A stretch of 64,000 nucleotides of DNA from an uncultured Bacteroidales bacterium (GCA_964487735.1 CAZASJ010000001.1:57051-121050), one strand, 5' to 3'. Positions 10,701-18,920 are shown, counted from the stretch's first letter. The notes: generated by a model from the letters alone, not told the origin. Translations and numbers: made by a program.

Positions 10701-10846
10701 CTTTGTGGGCACCTATGGCAACTGTAATTTGCTTTGGTATGATCATCGGCATGATACTTACCCTTTTTATCCTCCCTGTACTTTATTGGAAATCGACTTT
10801 AGGGGAATATAAAAAGACCAACAAATATGTAGAAGACAGTAATTGA
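7745..10846 (+). CDS. RND family efflux permease (AcrB/HAE1-like)
   Basis: 1033 aa with a 12-TM architecture and two large periplasmic loops. Conserved TM4/TM10-type blocks are AGLIVVLGMVVDNAIVVIDN and IGLVGIVVRNGIILIDY. Confidence 0.95.
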   Translation: MKRKINIIEGAMKHHQIILAVVFMMMVLGILGLVNMPRREFPEFTIRQGVVVGIYPGASAEEVEEQLTTAVENYIFSYQEVNKSETYSQSSEGQMVIYVELNENVKNADAFWSKLRHGLSEQRTQLPSGVLALFGNNEFGDVSALLITLSSDEKSYRELEEIMKDFEAAVRRIPSVSKIKRHGTQGEKIYVYLNQEKINEYNINPPTIMGSFKLQELLEYAGQLDNGKQVMPIHIPERYASEKDLAEQIIYSDLSGNVIRLKDVARIERRYKDPSSFIRNNGSNALLLSLEMQGGNNIVQFGEEVRKTMEDFSKTVDDDVKINIISDLPNVVNHSISHFLTEFIIAILAVIAVTMILLPFRVSSVAAVTIPISILITIGIMQMVGIELHIVSLAGLIVVLGMVVDNAIVVIDNHIEKLDHGETAWNAAWTSATELFIPVLSATAAIIAAFFPLMLFLTGMASDFVGTFPLTIGIALGVSLIVSMLLVPFMCFTFIKTGLHKKAENKEKKRKSFLDRVQHWYDSGLEWAFKNPRLTIILGIVSIAIGAFLFSRLDIMMFPAMDRDQFAVEVYLPEGASLNETEKVIDSLENILLRDERITNVASFIGSSSPRFNDLYAPHLPEKNFGQLVVNTLDNEATMEILDEYEPLYSDLFPEAQIRWKQIAIEGFDAPIEVRISGNDIPLLKQKAEAVRAILNENDEVLWVRTDWGEMRQGLNVDIDVEKANKLGYSKLMVASALMSSMDGMPITTVWEDDYALDVILTQEEFLSNSVTDLENQYITSLMTLESVPLRTIASIEPHWTEGKIVRRNGVRTLTVMADLKRHSVASLTFNKIRKQVEEAVEDEGVILEFGGDHEFSIDNMIPLGWSLFVSIILIFFILLLEFKTYRRSLLIMSTMLLSFPGAAIGLWITGYPFSVTSFIGLIGLVGIVVRNGIILIDYAFELINKQGLNYKDAAIKAGKRRMRPIFLTSMAAAMGVVPMMISQSPLWAPMATVICFGMIIGMILTLFILPVLYWKSTLGEYKKTNKYVEDSN

Positions 10847-10869
10847 TAAATAATGAAGAGACGATTGAA

Positions 10870-12204
10870 ATGAAAAGACAAATAATAACGATAATCAGCA
10901 TATGCTTTGCCCACTTTCTCTCAGGGCAAAGCATAAACCTTGATTCACTGAAATTTCTCACCCTGCAAAACAATAAACAAATCATTGAGGCAAAGCTGAA
11001 TGTGGAAGCATCAGAACAGCTAAAGAAATATGCTGTAACCAACTATTTTCCAAAGGTTTTTGGTGGTGCAATCGCTATGAAAGCCAACGATTACCTCATT
11101 AAAGAGGAAATTCCTGAGGTCAATCTGCCGGTTTACGACGGGAATCCGGTCAGTTTGATGAATCCTACGCAGTTTGCTTATTTCCCCGGTATGCAGTTGG
11201 AGATGTTTGACTATATGAATGTTGGTTATCTGGCCGCCGTAGAACCCCTTTATATGGGAGGACAGGTAAGAAACGGAAATAAGTTGGCTGCCCTCGGTGT
11301 TGACATAAATAAACACAGCCTCATACTCTCAGAAGAAGAGGCCCTCCTTAAAACAGTAGAATATTACTGGACCCTGGTATCACTCCGTGGAAAAATGAAC
11401 ACATTGAACAGTTATGAAGAACTTCTGGAAACACTCCACCAGGATGTTTCAGTATCCTATGAGGCAGGGCTGATCAATAAATCAGACCTCCTAAAGGTAG
11501 AATTGAGCCAGAATGAGCTTCAGGGAAACAGGCTTAAATTGCAGAATGGTATAGAATTAATGACAATGATGATCTGCCGCCACGTTGGTATAGCATATTC
11601 TGATTCAGTTAAGATAAATGTAGAAAATATTCCAACCCTTGGCCCTGAGGATTACTTCATCGACCCTGATACTGCTGTTATTAACCGGCAGGAATACCAG
11701 ATGCTGGAAATGGCCATAAAGGCAGAAAAGTTACAAAAAAGAATGGCCAGAGGAGAAATTATGCCACAGTTGTTGGTTGGTGCACAGGGTCTTTACCTGG
11801 ATGTTTTGGAAAATGAAAACACGACAGGTATGCTCTTTGCGAGCATCAACATCCCCATATCAGGATGGTGGGGAGGAGCACATAAAATCAAGGAACACCA
11901 GATTAAAGTAGACATTGCCGAAAATAAACTGGCAGAATCAACCGAGATGCTCACACTCCAGATCGAGAAAAGCTATAAGGTTCTGGTTGAAAGCCGTTCC
12001 CAGGTCGTCATTGCAGAAAAATCCATGGAACAGGTCCGGGAGCACCTGAAAGTAATGAAAGACAACTACGATGCCGGCCTGGTAAACACCTCCGACATGC
12101 TTGAAGCTCAAGCTATGTTTCAAGAAGCTGAAGACGGGCTAACAGATGCAAAGAGTATTTACAAAATCATGCAGGCACATTACCTGCATGCCATTGCGAA
12201 ATAA
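10870..12204 (+). CDS. TolC-family outer-membrane efflux protein
   Basis: ATG at 10870 gives the signal peptide MKRQIITIISICFAHFLSGQS. The ORF track TTG at 10843 overlaps the permease stop. It has a duplicated alpha-helical/beta architecture typical of OMF proteins and is the third gene of the RND set. Confidence 0.85.
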   Translation: MKRQIITIISICFAHFLSGQSINLDSLKFLTLQNNKQIIEAKLNVEASEQLKKYAVTNYFPKVFGGAIAMKANDYLIKEEIPEVNLPVYDGNPVSLMNPTQFAYFPGMQLEMFDYMNVGYLAAVEPLYMGGQVRNGNKLAALGVDINKHSLILSEEEALLKTVEYYWTLVSLRGKMNTLNSYEELLETLHQDVSVSYEAGLINKSDLLKVELSQNELQGNRLKLQNGIELMTMMICRHVGIAYSDSVKINVENIPTLGPEDYFIDPDTAVINRQEYQMLEMAIKAEKLQKRMARGEIMPQLLVGAQGLYLDVLENENTTGMLFASINIPISGWWGGAHKIKEHQIKVDIAENKLAESTEMLTLQIEKSYKVLVESRSQVVIAEKSMEQVREHLKVMKDNYDAGLVNTSDMLEAQAMFQEAEDGLTDAKSIYKIMQAHYLHAIAK

Positions 12205-12212
12205 ATACGTGG

Positions 12213-12785
12213 TTATTTAACATCTACCGCACATGCATCTCCCATACAATTGGGATTTTCCTCGGGCTTAGGAATAATCTTTAACCTTATTGAAAGGTGA
12301 TAAAGCTGGCAACCTACACAGATCCCAAAAGCTGTTTCTATATACAAAAGTGTAATGCATATCAGGCACAACATGCAAACCGGATCAAAATAGGATACAT
12401 CTGAAAGCAGGAAGAGTGATAAAATAAAAATGCTTAAAGTAAGGGTAAGACCCAGGCTCCAGGCAAACTTTTTTTGAATCGCTCCAATATATAGGGGACT
12501 TTGTTTTTTTACCATCAGCCAGGATAGAAAAACCACCGGGGCAAATTTTGGATTAATAAAAACCCCAATGAAAAAATTTAAGGCCAGAAAGCCGGTCAAA
12601 AATGGCAATACAATGTATTGCTGTAGAATAAATCCATATATGAATGCTATAAAAGCCATCAAAAGCATGATTCCTGCAGCACCGCGAACCACCCTTTCAT
12701 TTAGCACCTTATAACTTTTCCCTTCTACATACTCTCCAAAACTGATAAATGACATAAATTCCAAGATTTTATTTAATAGTAACAA
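12213..12785 (-). CDS. Polytopic membrane protein, DUF4395-like
   Basis: Has an N-terminal NERVVRGAAGIMLL motif, 4-5 hydrophobic helices and a C-terminal CVGCQLY motif. The family assignment is from memory only, and the start could be the internal ATG at 12755. Confidence 0.45.
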   Translation of the reverse strand: MLLLNKILEFMSFISFGEYVEGKSYKVLNERVVRGAAGIMLLMAFIAFIYGFILQQYIVLPFLTGFLALNFFIGVFINPKFAPVVFLSWLMVKKQSPLYIGAIQKKFAWSLGLTLTLSIFILSLFLLSDVSYFDPVCMLCLICITLLYIETAFGICVGCQLYHLSIRLKIIPKPEENPNCMGDACAVDVK

Positions 12786-12954
12786 TAGAACTGATAAAAA
12801 GTTGTTCGGTCATGATTAATGACCGGCACTGTTCATTATAATATCTTTTTCTAATTGATTTTTGCAGAAATGAGTTTTATCAGTAAAATCTCACTTCTCG
12901 TTCCTACCCGCATAGGTGGCCCAAAGGTTCAGGCGACATGAGAAACATAGATAT

Positions 12955-12984
12955 GCCCTCACAGGTCCTGGGACCTGTGAGGGC
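12955..12984 (-). terminator. Strong hairpin downstream of the SDR gene
   Basis: Perfect inverted repeat GCCCTCACAGGTCC/GGACCTGTGAGGGC, 15 nt beyond the SDR stop at 12999. There is no clean U-run on the minus strand. Confidence 0.45.
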
Positions 12985-12998
12985 GGTCAGCTTTTTGA

Positions 12999-13775
12999 TT
13001 ATACTTCCTGCATTTTCTTTACCTGCTTCAAGAGGATCTTTTTCGGCGTTACCGGAATAAATGCCATCATCAGTTTCATTGAGAAAGGCAGGCCGGAGAT
13101 TACATCCAATTTGCCTTTCAGCATACCATTATAACCATCTTCAGCAACGCTGCGTGCACTAGCCGTTTTCTTGAACATATCGGTTTTATCCATTCCTGAA
13201 ACGCGTCCGAATTCCGATTCGGTGGCACCCGGCATCAGGTTGGTAACCGTAACCTTGGTATCGCTCAATTCTTCTGCGATGGCGTTGCTGAGAGAAGTTA
13301 CGTAGGCTTTGGTAGCAAAATAAACTGCTTGCAACGGGCCGGGCATCAGACTGGCAGTAGAAGAAACATTTAAAATTTTACCTTCATTTCTTTTTACCAT
13401 GTCGCGGAGGAACAATCCTGTAAGCGCGGTAAGCGCCACTATATTTAAATTGATCATGGCAAGATCTGTTTTCAGTTCTCTTTCGTGGAATTTTCCTATT
13501 CCACCGAAGCCCGCATTGTTGATGAGGTAGTTTACTTCGATGCCCGCTTTTTTAACTTCATCGTAAATCGCCTGGGGTGCTTGCGCTGTACCAAGGTCCT
13601 TGGCTATTACCATAACCTTAACCTTATACTTTTCCTCCAAATTCATTTTTAAAGCATCCAGTTTGTCTTTGCTTCGTGCAACGATAATGAGGTCGCCGCC
13701 TTTTTCTGCATGTATATGTGCGAATTCTTTTCCTATTCCGGTAGATGCTCCGGTTATTAATGCTGTATTATTCAT
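12999..13775 (-). CDS. Classical short-chain dehydrogenase/reductase (SDR)
   Basis: 258 aa with TGASTGIG cofactor motif, NNAG, a Ser...YxxxK catalytic set (SSTAS...YFATKAY) and a PG motif. Confidence 0.9.
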   Translation of the reverse strand: MNNTALITGASTGIGKEFAHIHAEKGGDLIIVARSKDKLDALKMNLEEKYKVKVMVIAKDLGTAQAPQAIYDEVKKAGIEVNYLINNAGFGGIGKFHERELKTDLAMINLNIVALTALTGLFLRDMVKRNEGKILNVSSTASLMPGPLQAVYFATKAYVTSLSNAIAEELSDTKVTVTNLMPGATESEFGRVSGMDKTDMFKKTASARSVAEDGYNGMLKGKLDVISGLPFSMKLMMAFIPVTPKKILLKQVKKMQEV

Positions 13776-13792
13776 TTTTTTATCTATATTTA

Positions 13793-13807
13793 TGTGAGTA
13801 CTTACTT
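13793..13807. promoter_or_regulatory. Candidate operator TGTGAGTACTTACTT between the TetR and SDR genes
   Basis: Identical at 12 of 15 positions to TAGTGAGTAATCACTT-type site at 14360-14374. It is an imperfect palindrome around AGTACT. Confidence 0.3.
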
Positions 13808-13826
13808 ATTTATTATAGTAAATTTT

Positions 13827-14354
13827 TTAAACTTTATATTTTTTCTTTAAAAATGTGATCATAGCCATGATATCAAATTCTTGCATCAGGAAGTACCTGG
13901 TGGCAAGTCCGTCGAGGTCGATCAACATGCGGGTCGCTTCCTGCTCAGGCTCTTCATAGTCAAGCTTGCTAAAGGCATTTGTCAATGCCAGCATGAGCGC
14001 TTCCATCTTATGTTCTCCATATTGCTCCATCTCCCACTTAATTTTATACTGCAATTTCCAAAATTCCAGTTCTGCTTCACCTAATCTGTCCGGAGTAAAA
14101 GTATCCAGTGTTTTACGGATTACGGATTGGGGATCGGATTCAAATACAATTTCTGAGAACAATACCTTTATGCGCTCCTCGCCTTCTTTTAGGATCGCCT
14201 GCAATAGTCCATCCTTGTTTCCGAAATGACGAAAGATCAATCCTTCTGAAACCCCGGCATGCTTTGCTACCTTGCTTGTCGATGTTGTTTTAAACCCATC
14301 CTTTGCAAAAAGCTCCAGAGCTGCATGCAATATTTTTTCTTGTTTTTCTGTCAT
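13827..14354 (-). CDS. TetR/AcrR family transcriptional regulator
   Basis: 175 aa with HTH KILHAALELFAKDGFKTTSTSKVAKHAGVSEGLIFRHFGNKDGLL. Lies directly upstream of, and co-directional with, the SDR gene. Confidence 0.85.
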   Translation of the reverse strand: MTEKQEKILHAALELFAKDGFKTTSTSKVAKHAGVSEGLIFRHFGNKDGLLQAILKEGEERIKVLFSEIVFESDPQSVIRKTLDTFTPDRLGEAELEFWKLQYKIKWEMEQYGEHKMEALMLALTNAFSKLDYEEPEQEATRMLIDLDGLATRYFLMQEFDIMAMITFLKKKYKV

Positions 14355-14360
14355 GACAGT

Positions 14361-14374
14361 AGTGAGTAATCACT
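14361..14374. promoter_or_regulatory. Candidate TetR operator palindrome AGTGAgtaaTCACT
   Basis: Two 5-bp inverted arms, 7 nt upstream of the TetR start codon and overlapping the predicted transcription start downstream of the -7 box at 14377-14384. Confidence 0.35.
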
Positions 14375-14376
14375 TG

Positions 14377-14384
14377 CAAAGATA
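14377..14384 (-). promoter_or_regulatory. Candidate -7 box (TAtcTTTG on the minus strand) for the TetR-SDR unit
   Basis: Plus-strand CAAAGATA is the reverse complement of TATCTTTG. It lies 23 nt upstream of the ATG at 14354. Confidence 0.35.
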
Positions 14385-14742
14385 CATTGTTTTTTTTAAT
14401 TCACATGTTTTTCTTAAAAATATTTCTCATCCCTGGTTCATTGATACTTCTTTCTGTCATTCTGAAGGAGCGCAGCGACTGAAGGAATCCCTTTAATTAT
14501 ATTCCAAAAAATAAACTTCAAAATCCTGATAAATTTCAAAATTCATAAGACAAATTTCAAAGGGGTTTGGGATTTGGGGAAGTAAATATTCCTATTTAAA
14601 TTATATATCCTGATTGTTATTATATTTGGTATAACCAATTAACCGGCCTGGGTTAGTTATTTCCAATGAAATAGAATTAAAGGCGAAGAAAACAGAAGGC
14701 TGAAGAAGTATCGGAGAAGCTAAAATGAAAGTTGAATTGCTT

Positions 14743-15063
14743 TTAGCGGCCAAAACACTCCGTAATATCAAAATAATAATTTTCTACTTGTGTGATGATC
14801 TCATCATCTGTGATTTGTTTGATTTCGATTTTGATCTTGTCAAACTTTCGATTGTCCTCTAAAACGAGTTCCTGTTTAAGGGTTTTCCATTTTATGCCGC
14901 GGCCCAGGCCGATGTATTTTAAATAAGCATATTCCGTTCCTACATAGTCATTGGCACCTCCCTCGTAGTCAAGTATAACTGCATTCTCAATGGAACTACC
15001 AAAGCCACCACTAATGGGGAGATCGACACCAAAGTCTTTTAATATTAATTCTCGTACATTCAT
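14743..15063 (-). CDS. Hypothetical protein (106 aa), family not recognised
   Basis: Clean ORF with an ATG start, 17 nt downstream of the DUF3109-like gene on the same strand. No motif recognised. Confidence 0.5.
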   Translation of the reverse strand: MNVRELILKDFGVDLPISGGFGSSIENAVILDYEGGANDYVGTEYAYLKYIGLGRGIKWKTLKQELVLEDNRKFDKIKIEIKQITDDEIITQVENYYFDITECFGR

Positions 15064-15080
15064 TTTTCTTTTTTATGAGG

Positions 15081-15659
15081 TCAATTTTTAGCTTTCCGTT
15101 TCAGATTCTTGATCTCATGAACGAGTTTATCGTACCACTGCTCACCATATTTCCTGCTCAGAGCATCTTTAAGAAAAACATATAGAGGAATGCCTTCATG
15201 GATGCCTTTTTCCAAGGCTGGATTGCATACCTGCCACTTATGATAGTTTACAGCCTCCGTCTTCCCAACTTTTGAAATGCGCACAGGGTATAAATGGCAT
15301 GAAATGGGTTTTCTAAAGGGGATTTTACCTTCATCATGGGCTTTTTCGATGGAACACCAGGCGATACCATCCGTGAAGTTGATGAATGCGCAATCGCCTC
15401 CCCTGATCAAAGGAGTCACATAGCCTCCATCCATATCATAATCAAAAACCCCACTTCGTTCGATTGCTTCAATGCCGTCAGGAATCATAAATTCCATGAT
15501 CTCATTTTGATAATCTTCCAGTTGGCTGATTTCTTCTTCTTCAAGCGGTGCACCTGCATCCCCTTCAACACAGCATGCACCCAGGCATTTTTCTATCGGG
15601 CAAGAGAAGCTGACCAGGTAGAGGTCGTCCGAAACCATAATATCGTCGATAATGAGCAT
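15081..15659 (-). CDS. DUF3109-like Cys-rich protein
   Basis: From the ATG at 15659 the protein reads MLIIDDIMVSDDLYLVSFSCPIEKCLGACCVEGDAGAPLEEEEISQLED, which matches my memory of the DUF3109 N-terminus. The 20 upstream codons in the ORF track read through repeat DNA. Confidence 0.6.
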   Translation of the reverse strand: MLIIDDIMVSDDLYLVSFSCPIEKCLGACCVEGDAGAPLEEEEISQLEDYQNEIMEFMIPDGIEAIERSGVFDYDMDGGYVTPLIRGGDCAFINFTDGIAWCSIEKAHDEGKIPFRKPISCHLYPVRISKVGKTEAVNYHKWQVCNPALEKGIHEGIPLYVFLKDALSRKYGEQWYDKLVHEIKNLKRKAKN

Positions 15660-15672
15660 ATACAAATATAGT

Positions 15673-15781
15673 AAGTTTTGAGGGTTGAGGGTTAAGTTTT
15701 GAGTTTTAAGTCCATACAAAGTTTTGAGGGTTGAGTTTTGAGTTTTGAGTCCCTACAAAGTTTTGAGGGTTGAGGGTTAAG
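15673..15781. repeat. G/T-rich tandem block built from GTTTTGAG and GGTTGAG words (about 2.5 copies of a 45-48-nt unit)
   Basis: AGTTTTGAGGGTTGAGGGTTAAGTTTTGAGTTTTAAGTCCATACAA is repeated with small variations. The same words recur at 38878-38936 and 39436-39457. Confidence 0.85.
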
Positions 15782-15818
15782 TCGCGAAAAAGACACAAAT
15801 TTTTGATTTGGTATTTTG

Positions 15819-15872
15819 TCGAGGATCCATGAATAACCATGAATTCAAAAAATTCTGGTTTTTCGGGATATT
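15819..15872 (+). repeat. Diverged copy (46 of 54 identical) of the hairpin core of the 82-nt element
   Basis: TCGAGGATCCATGAATAACCATGAATTCAAAAAATTCTGGTTTTTCGGGATATT aligns without gaps to 39513-39566 and 42104-42157. Confidence 0.8.
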
Positions 15873-15885
15873 GGGTGTTGAGGAA

Positions 15886-15917
15886 ATAATAATCCATAAT
15901 TCATAATCCATAATCCA
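15886..15917. repeat. Tandem ATAATCCAT/ATAATTCAT 9-mers
   Basis: ATAATAATCCATAATTCATAATCCATAATCCAG. The same word array occurs at 20697-20735 and 46066-46097, and inverted at 20490-20509. Confidence 0.85.
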
Positions 15918-15969
15918 GTGCCTCCTTTGAAGTTTTAACGAAAGAGGATAATTCATACAGGATTTTTCC

Positions 15970-15977
15970 TAATTTTG
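15970..15977 (+). promoter_or_regulatory. Candidate -7 box (TAatTTTG) for the ornithine carbamoyltransferase gene
   Basis: Exact TAnnTTTG match 59 nt upstream of the ATG at 16036. Confidence 0.3.
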
Positions 15978-16035
15978 CACCCGGAATATAATCAGATAGA
16001 CATCATATTAATCATATTATTAAAGCATTACGAAG

Positions 16036-17037
16036 ATGGCATTCAATCTCAAAAACAGAAATTTCCTAAAACTTCTTGATTTCAGTCCAAAGGAAATCAA
16101 ATTCCTCCTCGACCTTTCCATGGACCTTAAAAAAGCCAAATATTCAGGTACAGAGCAACAACGTTTAAAGGGCAAGAACATCGCCCTGATATTTGAAAAA
16201 GCGAGTACACGTACACGATGTGCTTTTGAAGTGGCTGCTTTTGACCAGGGAGCACTGGTTTCATACCTGGGACCTTCAGGTACCCAGATCGGAAAAAAAG
16301 AAAGCATGAAAGATACTGCCAGGGTGCTGGGTCGAATGTATGATGGCATTGAATATCGTGGGTTTGGACAGGAAATCGTTGAAGAACTTGGTGCCTATGC
16401 AGGCGTACCCGTCTGGAACGGACTCACCAATGAATACCACCCCACACAGATCCTCGCTGATTTTCTGACCATGATGGAGCACAGCGACAAGCCACTTCAT
16501 CAGGTATCGTTCTGCTATTTGGGAGATGCACGCAATAATATGGGTAACTCACTCATGGTTGGTGCTGCAAAAATGGGTATGGATTTCAGGGCTGCTGCAC
16601 CAAAGGAATTCCATCCAACAGAAGAACTCGTTAAACAGTGTAAAGAGATCGCCAAAGAAACCGGTGCCAGGATCATGATCACCGAAGATGCAGCAGCAGC
16701 CGTAAAGGGTGTCGACTTTCTGTATACTGATGTATGGGTATCAATGGGTGAACCAGACTCAGAATTTGAGCGCAGGATCAAAATGATGATGCCTTATCAA
16801 ATAAACAAAGAGCTTATGCAGAAAACCGGAAATCCAAATACAAAATTCCTGCACTGCCTGCCTTCTTTCCACAACCGTGAAACCATTGTTGGTCAAGAGA
16901 TCTATGAAAAGTATGGTGTAGAGGCCATGGAAGTTACCGATGATGTTTTCGAATCAGCGGCATCCATTGTTTTTGATGAAGCTGAGAACAGGTTACATAC
17001 CATCAAAGCAGTTATGGTTGCCACTCTAGGAGACTAG
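16036..17037 (+). CDS. argF: Ornithine carbamoyltransferase (canonical ArgF/ArgI/ArcB type)
   Basis: 333 aa with carbamoyl-phosphate motif [13 protein letters not shown], ornithine-binding DVWVSMGE and HCLPSFHN. Confidence 0.9.
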   Translation: MAFNLKNRNFLKLLDFSPKEIKFLLDLSMDLKKAKYSGTEQQRLKGKNIALIFEKASTRTRCAFEVAAFDQGALVSYLGPSGTQIGKKESMKDTARVLGRMYDGIEYRGFGQEIVEELGAYAGVPVWNGLTNEYHPTQILADFLTMMEHSDKPLHQVSFCYLGDARNNMGNSLMVGAAKMGMDFRAAAPKEFHPTEELVKQCKEIAKETGARIMITEDAAAAVKGVDFLYTDVWVSMGEPDSEFERRIKMMMPYQINKELMQKTGNPNTKFLHCLPSFHNRETIVGQEIYEKYGVEAMEVTDDVFESAASIVFDEAENRLHTIKAVMVATLGD

Positions 17038-17068
17038 ATCAGCATATTTTACTTGCTAAAATATTTAG

Positions 17069-17104
17069 CCTCCTGCCATAATATGGTCAGGAGGTTTTTT
17101 TTTT
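17069..17104 (+). terminator. Rho-independent terminator after the carbamoyltransferase gene
   Basis: CCTCCTGCCAT...ATGGtCAGGAGG stem followed by a run of 10 T. Confidence 0.7.
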
Positions 17105-17165
17105 GATAAAATTTAGTAATTTTAATCCAGATAAAAATTCATTTTTAACCCAAAATTTATTTTTT

Positions 17166-17522
17166 ATGAAAGCAGCAATTATTCTTTACATTTTATTCAT
17201 GATAGCCATTGCGCTTGTTCTGATCATTGCCCAATGGAAAATCTATCAAAAGGCCGGAAAACCGGGATGGGCATCAATAATCCCAATCTACAGTACCATT
17301 GTTTTGCTGGAAATTGTAGGGAAACCCTGGTGGTGGATACTTTTAATGCTGATTCCTTTTGTCAACATTATATTGGTCATTTGGGTCATCAACCTTTTAT
17401 CCAAAAGCTTTGGAAAGGGTGTAGGCTTTACGATAGGACTGATCCTGCTCTCAATTGTTTTTTACCCCATTTTGGGATTTGGTTCAGCTCAATATAAGGG
17501 CCCTGCAGGAAAAGCTGCCTAG
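17166..17522 (+). CDS. Small polytopic membrane protein, DUF5684-like
   Basis: ATG at 17166. Reads MKAAIILYILFMIAIALVLIIAQWKIYQKAGKPGWASIIPIYSTIVLLEIVGKPWWW. The WKIYQKAGKPGW..IP.. motif matches my memory of DUF5684. Confidence 0.55.
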   Translation: MKAAIILYILFMIAIALVLIIAQWKIYQKAGKPGWASIIPIYSTIVLLEIVGKPWWWILLMLIPFVNIILVIWVINLLSKSFGKGVGFTIGLILLSIVFYPILGFGSAQYKGPAGKAA

Positions 17523-17529
17523 GTCGGTC

Positions 17530-18189
17530 TTATTTCTTCTTTTTATTTGTTTCGGGAGGAGCCGGCAAAACATTTTTTTCGATGAAATCAGCAACGATTA
17601 CATCGGCAAATTGAACAGCCATCTTATCAATGCTTCCAACGTCCGTAGATTTAGTTTGTGCTGACCACTTCATTTCGCCCGTTTTTAAATCAAAAAAGTC
17701 GGCCTCCAGAAATACCTGCACAGATCCGGTATAATATCCGGGGCTGTAATAATAATTATTAAAGCCGCCATAGAAATCATAGAAAGAGGTATTATAGTCA
17801 TATGGCATGTAGTAACTGCTGCCAGGAACGTAACGGCGGGTATCTTCCTGATGGCGCATGCTCATGGTGAAAACGCCATCAATATCTGCAGATTCAAAAA
17901 TGCTCATCACGATTTCCTTTGTGATGGTGCCAATGGCTGCATTGGGTGGCAGCAGGTCTAATGCGGCAATTACGGGGTATCCTTTGGCTTCAAGACGGGT
18001 TTGCACCTGGTCTTCAAAAATTCTTCGGTTGACCGAATTAGATCCTATCCCCAGAACCACCACTCGTTTATATTTTATCGGTTCATAATCGGGCTTTGTC
18101 CATGATCCGGTAAGCTTTGTTGTAGGCCCACAGCTTGACAATAATGCTATCAACACAATAGTAGTTAATCCACGTAGGAATGTTCTCAT
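17530..18189 (-). CDS. Lipoprotein with a Tyr/Gly-rich segment (DUF4136-like)
   Basis: Lipobox LLSSC, a low-complexity segment YYMPYDYNTSFYDFYGGFNNYYYSPGYYTGS and a C-terminal KKKK tail. Confidence 0.45.
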   Translation of the reverse strand: MRTFLRGLTTIVLIALLSSCGPTTKLTGSWTKPDYEPIKYKRVVVLGIGSNSVNRRIFEDQVQTRLEAKGYPVIAALDLLPPNAAIGTITKEIVMSIFESADIDGVFTMSMRHQEDTRRYVPGSSYYMPYDYNTSFYDFYGGFNNYYYSPGYYTGSVQVFLEADFFDLKTGEMKWSAQTKSTDVGSIDKMAVQFADVIVADFIEKNVLPAPPETNKKKK

Positions 18190-18305
18190 ATGTATTTATA
18201 TTAGAATAAAGAAAATCATTTCGTGCGAATGTGCAAAACTGTGTAATACATCAGAATGCCTGTTTTACTCGAAATGATTTTAATCTTGTTTCAGAATCAA
18301 TTTGC

Positions 18306-18920
18306 CTAGAAGCCAAAAACAACACCTACACCGAAAGTAAAATAATTCAGGTTATCCATTGCTTTATCATAGCCGATGGCTGCATTGTATTTTGCGTTCA
18401 CTATGAACCCCATCCCTGAATTCGGAACTTCTATCAATGCTCCGATTTCCGGACGAAGGCCAAAACTCCAGGTTTCTTCACGCCAGTACAGTAAGCCTAT
18501 TTGTGTTGCCTGTTCTGTATAATAAGCTCCAATTCCGATACGGGCATATGGAGTCATGAAGAAATCTGATTGATAGGCATAACCTCCTTCAGCCATAAAA
18601 AACCAACTGTACAGATCCCTGAAATGTATAGCAGAAATGGTATTGTTCTGGTAATCCACGGTTATTGGTCCTGTCTTTTTAAAGAAAGCCCCATACCCAA
18701 CGGCACCTCCAAGTGTTACACCTGTTTCAAAATGATAGCTGCCGCCAAATTCAATGCCGCGGATGCTGCTTTCATTCATATAATCTTCAAATGAAGCTGT
18801 TGGAATGCTTATATTCCATTGTAGTTCGTAATGTGATTCAAACTGGGCTGATGCAGTATTGCTAACAAACACTGCCAACAGCGCCACTATGCTGATAATG
18901 ATATATTTTTTCATGATCAT
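18306..18920 (-). CDS. Small outer-membrane beta-barrel protein
   Basis: Signal peptide ending ASAQ, alternating hydrophobic beta-strand pattern and a C-terminal beta-signal-like GVGVVFGF. Confidence 0.65.
   Translation of the reverse strand: MIMKKYIIISIVALLAVFVSNTASAQFESHYELQWNISIPTASFEDYMNESSIRGIEFGGSYHFETGVTLGGAVGYGAFFKKTGPITVDYQNNTISAIHFRDLYSWFFMAEGGYAYQSDFFMTPYARIGIGAYYTEQATQIGLLYWREETWSFGLRPEIGALIEVPNSGMGFIVNAKYNAAIGYDKAMDNLNYFTFGVGVVFGF

Noticed and set aside
12860-12990. Possible plus-strand sRNA between two minus-strand genes, with a GAttTTTG near-consensus box at about 12860 and a hairpin plus TTTTT at 12955-12996.
   Set aside because: The -7 box lacks the conserved TA. The hairpin lies 15 nt after the SDR stop and is more simply its terminator. 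I could see no conserved structure.
15673-15917. Possible CRISPR array (also considered for 42025-42081 and 45947-46134).
   Set aside because: The repeat units are only 7-9 nt and directly abutting, with no 25-40-nt unique spacers. No cas genes are present in the window.
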